In this document: in pieces, positions 33,933-46,260 of the stretch | Numbering within the stretch: position 1 is the stretch's first letter | Layout: every line of letters starts with the position of its first letter | From: Dimorphilus gyrociliatus | Lineage: Eukaryota > Animalia > Annelida | Direction: 5' to 3' | Length of the DNA: 58,356 nucleotides | Assembly (NCBI GenBank): GCA_904063045.1 | Contig: CAJFCJ010000099.1 | Coordinates: 1 to 58,356 of the forward strand | Translations under genes and position numbers: made by a program | Notes under the pieces: model-generated | Databases searched by the model: none | What the model saw: the letters and a program-made list of their open reading frames with translations, nothing else | What the model was told of the DNA's origin: nothing

Positions 33933-36621
33933 TATTGTTGAAAACGCCCACTGTGCCTGTTGAAAACGCCCACTGTCCTTGTTGAAAACATCCAGTGGTG
34001 TTTAAAGACTGTATATAACTAATATTTTTGGTTTTTGATTAAAGAACCTTAATTATAAATATAGTTATAAATTTTTTTTCTAAAGATTACTTATTTTATT
34101 AAACCAGAGATTGTAAAAATGATTGCTAAAACTCATAAATTAAATTCTTTCTATTTATAAAAAAAATTTTTCTTTACCAGTTGTTATTTTTTTTAAGATA
34201 ATCTTTTGCCATCAATAATTCTACTTCCTCTCCAAATATCACTCAGATACAGGTAAGGTCTAATTATTGTTTTTAGATATTTTTTGATTAATATGGGAGT
34301 TATTAACATAAATAATGAATGAATAGTTTAAGATACATCCTAACTTGAAATTGAATAAAAAAATTAATTATTTTAAGAAAATTGGATAACTTTCAAAATC
34401 ATTCCCTGGAAGAAGCATGGTGTCATGTAATATTTGTAAAAAATTTATCCAAAGAAATAACACTGGTTTCAAATGCAATCTTTGTCACCATAATTACCAC
34501 AATAAATGTGTTAATGGTTAGTTTCAGTAATTTTATTTTTTAAATGTTTATAATTTATTAAACAGGGTCTGACAAATGTCTTTGCTCAGTCTGTTTAAGA
34601 ATTTCAAAATGCCATTTAAAAATAGTGTTGTATAAAATATGTGATCAACAATATGCTGATAAAGCTGTGCAAAATGTCAATGATAGCAATAGTCCAAATG
34701 ATTATCAAATACCATTTCATTATGATTTATATGACAATCAGGATATGGACACTGATAATCCTTCAATTGATATTACAAATTCAAGTGTTGGTAGTGATCC
34801 TAATTTTGAAGTCAGTGATGTTGAAGAAAGTTCATTTGAAAAAGAACCATCCAGTATTAAATTTTTTGATTCATCTAAGTTTGAAATTATTAAAAATGGT
34901 AGTCAGAAAGGAAAGGATTTACTAGTGCATGATGGCTTTTCTTTTAACATAAAATTTAAAACAAAGAAGAGAACTGTATGGATTTGCAGCAGAAGAAATA
35001 AAAATCAAAGATGTCCTGCAAGTGTCAATCAAAATGGAGCTTCTTTTACTTTGGGTAAAAGAGCACACATACATTTGGGAAATAAGGATAATGAGAAGAA
35101 GTGATTTAAAAGCCAAAAGTAAAGAAAATCTAATACTAAGTGGAAGAAGAATTGCAGAAGAGGTTTTGATAAATCACACAGATGCAGAACATTTATCAAA
35201 AGTAACATCCTGTGTAAAAGTTGTGAATTATCATAAGAGAAAAAATCATCCAAGAGAACCAGATGGTATTAATTTTTTTCTAAACCATACCTTTTTACCT
35301 GACAGATTTCTAAGGAAAGATATAAATGAAAATGACTTTTGAATTATAATATTTGCAACTAATAAGCAAATTGAACTTCTTTCCTCAACTAAAACATGGT
35401 TTCTTGATGGTACTTTTAAACATGTTCATAATCCTTTTATACAAATATTCTCTATTCATGGATTTCTGAAAAAAAATGATGCATTGAAACAAGTACCACT
35501 ATTAACTGTGTTCATGTCTTCAAAAAAGAAAAAAGCATATGAACAATTGTTTCAAGTAAGATCAAAATTTTTCTGTTTGTCTTTCTAAAATAATTCTTTA
35601 ATTAAATTACTCTTTGCAAATTTTTTAGACAGTTTGTGAATTAACAAATAATCATCAGCCAAAAAGATTTGTAATTGATTTTGAAAAGGCAATTTGGAAA
35701 GCAATTTTGTCTGTTTGGGAAAATGCAGAAATAAGTGGATGTTTATTTCATTGGTCTCAGGCTGTATTTAGAAAAATCAAGGTAATGATTTTAAATTGAA
35801 CTTTAAATTTTTAAATGTTGAAAAAACAATAGGAGCTTGGCTATAGTAGAGACTACAAAAATAAAAAAGGAGAGTGGTATGCAATGAGAATGATGTTAGC
35901 CCTTCCCTTTCTTCCTGGTAATATCATTCAGCATCAATTTAAAAAGATTAAAAGAAATTTAACTGAGGTTGACAAATTACATGATCTTGTTAAATACATG
36001 GAGGAAACATGGATATATAATAGTCTCTGGTCTCCAAATAATTGGTCAGTATTTAAGAGAGCTATTCTAACAAATAATGACTTGGAAGGCTTCCACAACA
36101 AATTTAATAAAAATTTACAAGAAAATTCTTCATTTTATTGCACTGTAGATGAATTAAAGAGAGAAAGTGATCTAATTGATGTTTATCAAAAGCTACTGTC
36201 AGAAAGAAAGATTTGTAGGATACAAAAACAAATCTATGCCAACATGCAGAAGAAAATTGATGAATTTTGGGATGAATTTGAAAATGTCGATATTTGTGCT
36301 GGTGAGCTTTTGGAAAAATGTTCAGGAATTTATCATGTATAAATCTGTCTGCTGTGAATGCTTCTACTCTAAATAATTCTATTACAATTCTTTAATACAC
36401 ATGTAACAAGAATAATTTTTTTTGCTGTCTCTATGATTTCAATTTAAAGTGTTATCACTTTAAATGTAATTATGCAACTTTTGTAGTTTTGATGTAAGTT
36501 AAGCACAGTGGATGTTTTCAACAAGGATGGTAGGCGTTTTCAACAGGCACAGTGGGCGTTTTCAACAGTGGGCGTTTTCAACAGTGGGCGTTTTCAACAA
36601 TGGGCATTTTCAACAATATCC
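33933..36621 (+). mobile_element. Mutator/Phantom-type element (E4), near full length, 4-exon PHD-FLYWCH-MULE transposase (34417-36342), defective
   Basis: TIRs of tandem gttgaaaacgcccact units at both ends. Motifs: PHD, FLYWCH, WFLDGTF, IDFE, GCLFHWSQA, TNNDLEGFHNK. Introns 34517-34565, ~35555-35628, ~35782-35832. Frameshift near 35095 and TGA at 35340. No TSD found. Confidence 0.92.
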
Positions 36622-37167
36622 GTCAAATCTTTTCTGATTTCTAAGATTTATCAGATTATCTTTTAATGTCTTATAAAAATATATGATTTATTCAAGTTTA
36701 GAGAAGTTGAGTGGAGTATATATTTTACCATTATTCTATTATTTTTTTTACCAAAATATTCCATAAACTGGATAACCTCAATCAGATATAAATTTAGTCT
36801 CATACTACTAAAAACACTGCCTATACCAAAAATTACTATTTTTCCCAAAGTCCAACCATCCATCATTTATTGAACAACTTGAAAGTTTTACAGAAAGATG
36901 GAAGAATATTCAGAAAGTTTATCATTCCAATTATAATACACTTCTTTGAAAGAATGTTGTTGGAATTAAAAATGACTTTATCATCACTACATTAAGAAAG
37001 CAAATATTTCGATAAATAGAATAAAAAATTTTTACATTTTTTTTTTAAATTTAACAATTGTGCTGATAAAATAAAAAGTAGTCCATTATGTCAAATAGGA
37101 TAACATCACTTCCATAAAAATAGCACAGAATACATCGCTATCTTTTATGTTCATACTGATATCTATA

Positions 37168-37374
37168 GCCAACAGAAAACGTCCCCAAGTGAGATATTTG
37201 AAAGCAGCATTTCGGATTGAAAGATAGTTAGGAGTAAAGTAGCTATTCATTTATGGTTAGGGGGAGGGGTGTCCTATCCAAGGGTTAGGGGTAATCAAAA
37301 ATATCAAGGAAAGACAAGGGCTAGGATAGGATTAGGGTAAAGTCATGTATTTGAGGACGTTTTCTGTCGCATCC
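37168..37374. mobile_element. Older copy of the telomere-like MITE family
   Basis: TIR acagaaaacgtcc / ggacgttttctgtcgcatcc; degenerate ggttaggg motifs; no TSD recognisable. Confidence 0.7.
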
Positions 37375-37901
37375 TTTTCTCGGCATGTTTTAGAGCCTTT
37401 TTAAAATTTAAAATCATCCAAAAAATTCAAAATTAAGTAGTCATCATAGAAAGTAGAGCATTTTCTGGATAGACAAAAAAAATTTATTTTTTGGTTTTAT
37501 ATGTGGAAATTCCATTTTTAAAATATATCTTGCTAAATCATCATAATAGATTAACCATATTATAAATGAGAGAGATATATCAGCATTGTATTCAAAAATA
37601 TACATGTGTTCGAAAAATGCTATTTTTAGAAAGCTATTAGTCACATTTGTTTCTAAAAAAGAGCTTAAACAGTAAAAGCTGATATCAGAGCTTAAGATGT
37701 ACTGTTTTAAAAAAATATACACTTTTTCATTTATTTTCACTGTTGCATTTTCCTTTTTGACCTTTGCTGTAAAACATTTATAACAAACACTCCAAAGTAA
37801 AAATTGAATAGTTTTAGCCTAGCAGGTAATTTTAACAATACAATTAGAAAAATCTGATAAAAAATATTAAAAACTACTAAAAAAGTACTTTAAATTTTTT
37901 A

Positions 37902-37924
37902 ATATATATATATATATATATATA
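37902..37924. repeat. (TA)n microsatellite just upstream of the protease ATG
   Basis: Seen directly. Confidence 0.95.
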
Positions 37925-37960
37925 CATTTGATAGATATAAACAAAATTTTCACTTTAATC

Positions 37961-39939
37961 ATGAAAATTTCACTTGTTCTGTGCTTTGTTGGGTCTATTA
38001 CAGCTCTTGGTAAGTACAGAAATTAGAATAATTATGAAAAAAGGAGGATAAAACTATTCTTTTTAACTTTATAAAAATAGGCTACTTTTCAGGACAAAAA
38101 GTTGTAGAAATTCAAAATTTTGAAAGGGTTTATCAACATTCAGAAAATAATCTTTACGATATTTATGTTGATATTCCTCTTAAAGATAATACAGTTAGGT
38201 TACAACTCAGAAGAAATACAAACATTAATCCCAATATGAAAATAGAGTTTGAAAATCAGGAAGTGGCTAAAGGTTATCTTGATGAAGTATATCCATATCA
38301 AGATACAGCTATTGGGGCTGCCGTCATGGTGTCCGAAAGTGTTATTAATGGTAAATTGAAACGAGAAATTGAAGGAAAATTTGAACATGATGGCCTTCAA
38401 GTATTTATTTCTCCCAAAGTTGATGGAAATGACAATGAACATATTATTACTTCACCTTCTAAAAAATTGATGAAATTTGAAATCTTTAACCACGACCCGA
38501 TTGAAGAAAAAATGAAAAGAGCTTTAGAAAAACCCTATTATCATGTTGAAACAGCAAATATTATTGACTATACAATCTGGAACTACTTTCTTCAGATAAC
38601 ACGAAACAATGGCGAGGATGAAGCTGTTAAAGCTTTGAGGTACGAGTTTATTCATTTGTTGAATGCACTTGACCTTGTCTACAGAAGGATCAATGATCCA
38701 AGATATATGATATCTGTATCTGTCAAGAAATTCATGATTTTTAGGCAGAAAGCGAATTGCCCATTTACTGATGGACCTGCCCCATTAAGTTATCCTAGTA
38801 ATAATGACAGAGAAGCAATTGATGCAAGTGTATCATTGATGGAGATTTCTAAGTGGATGGACAACAAAAACAATACTCATGGAGCTGATTTTATGGATTG
38901 GGATCATACTTTTGTTTGGACAAGAAAAGACCTCTGTGTTTCTGATGGTTGTTCTGTGGTTGGATTGGCGCCTATGTCAGGAGTCTGCACAAGGAGAGGA
39001 ATCTCAATCAATGAATATATCAACATGAGATCTTGGTCTACTGCTGCTCATGAGCTAGGACACAGTCTTGGATCAAATCATGATGGATCAGGATCTAGTA
39101 TGGCGTGTCTATCCAGTGAAGAATATATGATGAACCCTGGAGGAGAAAGATTTCATCTTTCCAAAGTTAATAACTATTATGAATTTAGTCAATGTTCAAT
39201 CGATGCTATATATAATACTATAATTGGAAACACTCGAAAAGGATTTCCAAGAGTATGTTTGATGAACAAGGAATGTAGTCAGGATGCATTCAATCGGGAT
39301 GAAATAGCTAGTGATGTTAGATACCCAGGGCTCAAATATTCCCTAACTGAACAGTGTATATTAAGATATGGTAATGGAGCAGCTGCTGGAACCTGGGGAT
39401 GTTCAAAATATAGGACTGATGATTGTCTTAAGCTTGTCTGTCAGAAGGGTACTCATTGCCATTTTTCAACTCCAGGAGCTGCAGATGGAAGTCCTTGTGG
39501 AAATGGAAAGCAATGTTTTAAGCATAGATGTATTCATACTTCACAGTTTAATTTATACAAAAATATAAAGCATAAATATATCTGTAAGGGAGGAAGAGCT
39601 TTGATAAGAACTATTCCACCTAATTGTACAAATAGTCAAATAAATTTTCTTGTTTTGCATTCAAAGGGAGTAAAAAACATCAGAAAATGTCAACTTTTCA
39701 TTCCATCATTTCCGAGATATTGTTTTGGAAGTTTGAAACACAAATGCTGTAGAGAATGCCATAAATTAGGTTTGACAGATATTAACAATCAAGTGATCAA
39801 ATCAAATTCTATTTGCACTCCAAATCCATGCAAAAACAATGGTGTATGTTGTCATTATGGCAGTTTTTCTTATGTCTGTGAATGTCTAGTGGGATTTAGT
39901 GGAAGAAATTGTGATAAGACTAGAATTGATGGAAATTGA
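37961..39939 (+). CDS. ADAMTS-like M12B zinc metalloprotease (signal exon 37961-38009, exon 2 38093-39939)
   Basis: MKISLVLCFVGSITAL signal exon spliced in frame; KMKR furin-like site; VVGLAPMSGVC; HELGHSLGSNHD zinc motif; YMM Met-turn; ADAM Cys-rich AADGSPCGNGKQCFKHRC; PLAC-like KCCRECH; terminal EGF CTPNPCKNNGVC...CECLVGFSGRNC. Confidence 0.93.
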
Positions 39940-40377
39940 AGTACCGAATACTTCCTGTATAAAAAAAAGCATTTGAGCAATTATTGGGAGATAAATTAAA
40001 TTACAAATGGCTTGTAAGGGTTATTTTAGACAAAGAGATATATGAGAAACTATGTACAAAGTATTCTCTTCAGATATATGTGTAACTGGTCAATTAATAG
40101 ATAAAAATTCTTTTTTTATTACAAGGTATATACAAGAACATAAATTTAAAAAGAAAAATTATGGGTGACATAAAATGGGAAATATCAAATAAGAATTAAA
40201 AAGCTAAAACTTTTTTTAAAGAAATGAAGAATGTTAAATCACAAGTAAATAGACATTGAAGAGACAGCACAAAAGTTAATTGAACAAACTAATGTTGAAA
40301 AATTAGCTGAATAAAAAGTTGAATTTAAGAAATTAGAAAATTGAAAAACTTATAGCTGTATTAGAAATGAAGTTACA

Positions 40378-41170
40378 AGATCACTACCTTGATTTTTCTA
40401 AATACAGCCTGAGACCAATGAAATAAACATCTACTTATTTCTGCATTTTCCCAAACAGACAAAATTGCTTTCCATTTTGCCTTTTCAAAATCAATTACAA
40501 ATCTTTTTGGCTGATGATTATTTGTTAATTCACAAATTGTCTGAAAAATTTACAAAGAGTAATTAATTAAAGAATCACTTTAGATAAGACATATGATTTG
40601 ATTGTACTTGAAACAGTAGTTCATATGCTTTTTTCTTTTTTGAAGACATAAACACAGTTAATAGTGGTTCTTGTTTCAATGCATCATTTTTTTCAGAAAT
40701 TCATGGATGGAGAATATTTGTATAAAAGGATTTTGAGCATGTTTAAAAGTACCATCAAGAAACCATGTTTTAGTTGAGGAAAGAAGTTCAAGTTGCTTAT
40801 TAGTTGCAAATATTATAATTCAAAAGTCATTTTCATTTATATCCTTCCTTAGAAATCTGTCAGGTAAAAAAGGGTATGGTTTAGAAAAAAATTAATATCA
40901 TCTGGTTCTCTTGGACAATTTTTCTCTTGTGATAATTCACAACTTTTACACAGGATGTTACTTTTGGTAAATGTTCTGCATTGGTATGGTTTATCAAAAC
41001 CTCTTCTGCAATTCAATTTTTATAATTTCAAATTTAGAGGAATCAAAAAATTTAACACTAGATGGTTCTTTTTCAAATGAGCTTTCTTCATCATCATTAA
41101 CTTCAAAATTAGAATCATTAACTATAACTGATGATGGTTTTACATTGTTAACTATCTTATCAATCTTCAA
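40378..41170 (-). mobile_element. Deleted fragment of the E4 MULE family (E5)
   Basis: High nucleotide similarity to 34780-35780 (EESSFEKEPSS.KFFDSSKFEII, WFLDGTF, CLFHWSQAVFRK). The FLYWCH segment is deleted and no TIRs are present. Confidence 0.85.
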
Positions 41171-41399
41171 TGTAAATAGTTTTGTTGAAGTATTACTAAA
41201 ACTCATAATGAAAGATGAACAATCAGCAAGGTGTCCAGTGTACTCACCTTTCACTTAGAACATAGAAGCCATAAAATTATTGCAAAGTTGTTGACATAGA
41301 GGATATAAAACATCATTTTGACTTTGAATTGAGCAAATATTTTCTTCAAATTCTAAAACAGATGAAAAGAAAATATTAAGAAAAAAGTTTCTAAAAAGA

Positions 41400-42188
41400 A
41401 GAATGACGTTTTGTATAAACTTTAAAGTAGTTCAATCCAATGTAACTATACGAATAAATATCTTGTATTGAAATATTAAGTGATGACTGAATAGTTGGTT
41501 TATAGTTGTAGCAATGATGGTAAACTGAGTTTGTTAATTGTTCATCCAATGCTGAACTCCATACTAATTCAATTGTCCTTACATAAGTGTTGTCATCGTA
41601 TCTAAAACAATAATTAGATATTTATGTATCATAGATTGAGTTGAAATAAAGCGTTTACACATCCTAATTTGCAAGAATGTCAGGAATAGACACAATTATT
41701 GTCTAAATTTTGTAGTACCTGTTGGAATAGCAGTAAAAGAAGGGTTGAGAAAGAAAAGGGAAAACAACATTTATATATTGGCCAATGTAAGTTGGTTGTC
41801 CTGACAGATCACAAACTGGTGTCCAATATGTGTTAAATACTCTATTTGAGGCCTTAGTGCATTCCTGATCATTTTTTGAACTAGAACTTAGACAAGTTGC
41901 TCCAAGTTCACTATCTGCCACATTAATCAATTCATTTTCTTCAATGTCACTGGTATCTGCCAACAAAAACATTAAAAGTTCTCATGTAAATTGTCTCTTG
42001 AACAAAATATGCATTGAAGTCTCTACCATTGCTGAATGAATAGACAAAAATTGTGGTAAAACTAGTATGTAGAGCTTGGTGTGTTGAAAAATTGAAATTA
42101 ATTTTAATGAAAGAATTGTTCGAAATGAAAATTACGGTGATAAATACATAAATTAGTTTTTTATTATAAAACATAGTCATTCGACAAG
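41400..42188 (-). CDS. Partial multi-exon gene with F5/8 type C (galactose-binding-like) domain; 5' end lost in the gap
   Basis: ECTKASNRVFNTYWTPVC...GQYINVVF followed, after an intron, by TYVRTIELVW...SIQDIYSYSYIGLNYFKVY. This order fits a discoidin-like beta-sandwich. Confidence 0.45.
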
Positions 42189-42198
42189 NNNNNNNNNN
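42189..42198. other. Assembly gap (10 N)
   Basis: Seen directly. Confidence 1.
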
Positions 42199-43951
42199 TA
42201 AAGGAAATACAGCTTTACTTAAACAAATTTGTACTTAAACAAATTTATGGAACCTGGATTGATTGATATTTGTGAAGGACTTTGGCAATCAAGACATGCT
42301 TTAGAGAAACTTACTATTGATGATGATCAATTGAGCAACAAAGCTATTTATAGAAATTGTTGATAAATTGTTCCAAAATGAGATATAATTGGAAACAGGA
42401 TTCTGTACTTGAGTGTTAGAGATTAGCACAATCAGTACAGATTATAACCGTAACAATTGCACTCACACTTCTAAACTTGTTAGGCTAAAGGTTGGTGTAG
42501 CTGTTTAGAAATTGCTATCTAAAGGTCTTATGTGTTAGGTTACAGGGAGTCCCTTTTTAGTTGATTATTGATTATTATATGATCCTTGGAGCTTGCTTTT
42601 TAATTGTTGATAAAATATTTTGCATACTAGCCTTTAAACACATCAATATTGTCAATTGAAATATTAACATTTGAAGGTTTAGTTGTTATTCACACATGAA
42701 TATATTAGTATAATGTGATTTTCTTTGCTGAATATGAAAATAATATAAGAAATTCAAAAATTCAAATAAAACAGAATGTAAATTTAATTTTAAGTTGGAA
42801 AGTATATTCAGTTTGTTTCTAGTTTTGCAAAAGATATTTTTTGACAAAATGAAAAAGAGAAGCAGAATTCTCACATTTCAAGAGTCCCAATTGATTTTGA
42901 AAAGCAGTCAAAGAAAAAATACACCAAAATTGACATTTAAAACAATTTCCAATAGAAAATATTTTTGGAATTTCCTACCTACTCCACCTACTGTGGTTTC
43001 ATCACCCTCTCTATAGTTTTTGATCTGGGACTCATCACGGTCTACTATAATGTTAAAACAAAATGAGAGGCTTGAGAATCTTATTGTAAGGGATCTCTTC
43101 AGATTTAATTGGGAGATAAAGATTCTTGTGTTAGTTAAAGATGTCATTAGTTGTAACTAAACCAACAAGTGCCAAATATTATGAAAATTTTAAAGAGACA
43201 ATGGAGATAATAATTGCAAATATGGAAAAGGTTGTTATGGCTAATGAATGTATTGGAAACTGTGCAAATATAACTTGGTAGTATTGAAGAGGAGATATGT
43301 TAACATAATGGACTGATCTAACCCTACAATACATGTGATAGCAACAGGGTCGAGACAAAACATCCCCTGAAGGTAAATTTTAGGGCTAGGTTTGGTGGGG
43401 TTATAGGTTGTGAAAAATTCAATTTTATGAATTTCAGTTTATGTCAAGGTCAAACTGTTGGTTAGGGATAAAAAAGCAGAAATTACTTTACCCACTATTG
43501 ATCTGGATCAATACTGCTTATCTCTATCAGTATACTATTAGTGCAGTGCAATACTGGTTCAATACTACTTATCTATTGTAGAATATAGCTGACATATGTA
43601 TGTGTATGTCATATCTACCTTTAGTACAGGATTTTAGAAGATCCAACATTTAGTAGGGCCAAACCTTAACTGGTCACGAAAGGTTAACCTTGAAGATGAC
43701 TAACTAGGATATGGTTTGACCAAATGTCATTGCATTTTCTTTTGTAAGTTTTAAGAGTTATAAATTTTAGATAGCAGCAAGAATTTAAGCATTTAAAATG
43801 TCACAAAAAAGTGTACAATTTAGAAATTAGACCTAAATCATGATAAACACTCTTTATAAACTTGACCTTTATAAACATAACCATTTACAACATAATATAT
43901 GGTTATATCTTATGGTTTTAGATTTTCTATAGAACGTCAGCAATTTAAAGA

Positions 43952-45286
43952 ATGGCTGTTAATGGCTACTTTATAAGTGACAAAGAGCTGGAATGCTCTA
44001 TTTGTTTGGCATTATGGATAGAGAATGATCCAAGAATACTGCCTTGTCAACATACTTTTTGTTTAATTGTTTGAATAATTTGCCCAGTGAACCATGGAAA
44101 ATAACTTGTCCAGAATGTAGAGGAGAGCATTTTCTAGATAAAAATCATGTTGGCAGTTTGCCAAAAAATCGAATGCAATATGCATTACAAAAACATTTAG
44201 CGTTGCCACTTGTTGATGAAGATTACACTTTAACCAAACAACAATTGGAATGGGAACAAAAATTCTACAAACAGCAACAGCAACAGCAAAAGCTACAATA
44301 TCAAACATTGGAAAAACTCCAACAAGAACAAGAACAAGAATTGAGGCAACTACAAATATCTCTAAAACAACATCAAGCTGAACAAAAATTGCAGCTGAAC
44401 CAATTGAAAGAATTGAAGCAACAACTACAACAACAAACCAAAAAAAACGAACTACTAGAACAACAAAAGGAGCAACTGGAACTGGAACTGGAAAAACAGA
44501 AACGACAACAGGAAAAAAAACTTTCTTCTGAGAATATTGTTCAACCTCTGCCAAAAAATATCAATTTGAAGGTAGAACATCTTTCAATAACAAAAATGAA
44601 TTGCTCAGAGCCATATCAACAACCAACTATTCCTAAGCAGAGTGATAAATTGTCTTCAAATGTTCAATTTAATCAATCAAATGCAAGAGAAGTTCCCCTT
44701 AGAAGAAGTGTTTCAGACATTATCAACTCTTTTGGAGGACAGAAAAAATGCAAAGAACCTTCTGCACTACATTCTGTGGCATTCTTCAGTTCACCTGATT
44801 CATCCAGAAGAGGGCTTCCAACTAAACCAAAGATGACTTCACCAACAGCTAGTAAGTTAAAGATTTTTACATTTAGAGATTCCCAAAGTGCAGCAGATAC
44901 TGATTTCTTTGGAAATTTTCTAGTTCCTATAGCAACATATATTTTATGAATTCTTATGTTCTTCTCCTAATTCTTCCTAATTGTAGATAAAAGGCAAATT
45001 ACTCAACCAATATGTCAGCATCCCAACTTACTGACCCAAATTCATCAAGTAAAACTGAAATTGAAGTCAACAATTGATTCTAAAATACAAACAGGTAGGA
45101 AAATACTGATTGTTATCTTTACTCTAATTAACAACATGTCTAATTTATTTAAGCAGAGTATGGTCAAAATAATTCGAATACAGCAATGTCTTCTGCTGAG
45201 AACATTGCCCAACCACTGTCAAAAAAACCTTCTCCTCCACCAAAGCCTTAATACTTAAACACATTAAACTGATTGATGAAAACTAA
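43952..45286 (+). CDS. RING-HC / Gln-rich coiled-coil protein, left-arm copy (homopolymer frameshifts near 44060 and 45248)
   Basis: Mirror of 48324-49661; ATG at 43952; one T fewer in cttttt-gtttaatt breaks the RING frame. Confidence 0.75.
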
Positions 45287-46065
45287 ATACAAAATGAGCC
45301 TTATAATAATCAATTTTTTTTGATTTTTTTGAAAATGATTCAATGGTTTATGACTCTATGAAGAGTTTGTTCAAATAAAAAAATTATTAAAACCGAGAGA
45401 TTTATTGCTAACAATAAAGATACAAATTTTATTGATTCTGATAAAAGAGTACTGGTGAAGAAGACAAATGAAATATCCTGTTATCAGTGGAATATCAATT
45501 ATATTTTTACTCTCAGTTCTAATATTCCATTTGCCTGTACACATACATTCGTCAGCTATATTCTACAATAGAGAAGTAGTATTGAACCAGTATTGTACTA
45601 TGCAGATAGCACTGATAAAGATAAGCAGTAGTGACCTATTTTCGCGTAGGGCAGTGCATACACATTATGCAGCAATAAAACCTATTAAATTATATAAAGA
45701 ATATTTGCTTTGCAACCTAGCATTAATATTACAATTTATTAATCCACACATTTATGATTTTGAACTAAAACTAGTTCAATTAATTATCAATTATGCTTAA
45801 ATTCTAAGTTTAGATTATATTGACTATTCAACAGTATTGTATACACAATACTGTTCTTCTTAACATGCATTAATCAGATATACTTCCTCCTTATATGCTG
45901 ATGCTAAATTTACTAACTCAATCAATTGAATATCATTATTAAGGTAGAATATAAAAACGGTCAAATATACAATCTACATGTTTTCTTGATTGTTGGACTT
46001 GTCCTACTAAAATTGTTACGTCTTATGCAACTCTCCAACCTGAGAAATTCAACTATTTTTAAAAG

Positions 46066-46260
46066 AGGAAAACAATAAAAACATGACCATATTTACAACT
46101 TTTCTTTGTCTTCAAATGTTACTTTTGTTTTTGTGAACATTGAAATTTGTCAACTATCAACCCTTAAAAGAGTATATAAACCCTACGAAATTAACAGTTG
46201 ATAGTTCAGTTTCTAACCGTCAGCTAGTTGTTTAAACTAGCTTGTTTAAAACTAGAAGCT
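46066..46260 (+). promoter_or_regulatory. Conserved ~200-bp block with TATA box (46173) and Inr-like TCAGTT (46206); mirrored at ~47348-47542
   Basis: About 85% similar by eye to 57030-57225, which lies upstream of the NLR gene; TATATAAA is followed ~30-35 bp later by TCAGTT in both copies. Confidence 0.45.

Noticed and set aside
36663-37020. Hydrophobic minus-strand ORF fragments resembling a GPCR piece
   Set aside because: No conserved class A motifs; AT-rich DNA yields hydrophobic translations by chance.
44063-44554. Val-rich 163-aa ORF (and its mirror 49058-49549) that looks like a membrane protein
   Set aside because: Antisense shadow of the CAA/CAG-rich poly-Gln region of the RING gene.
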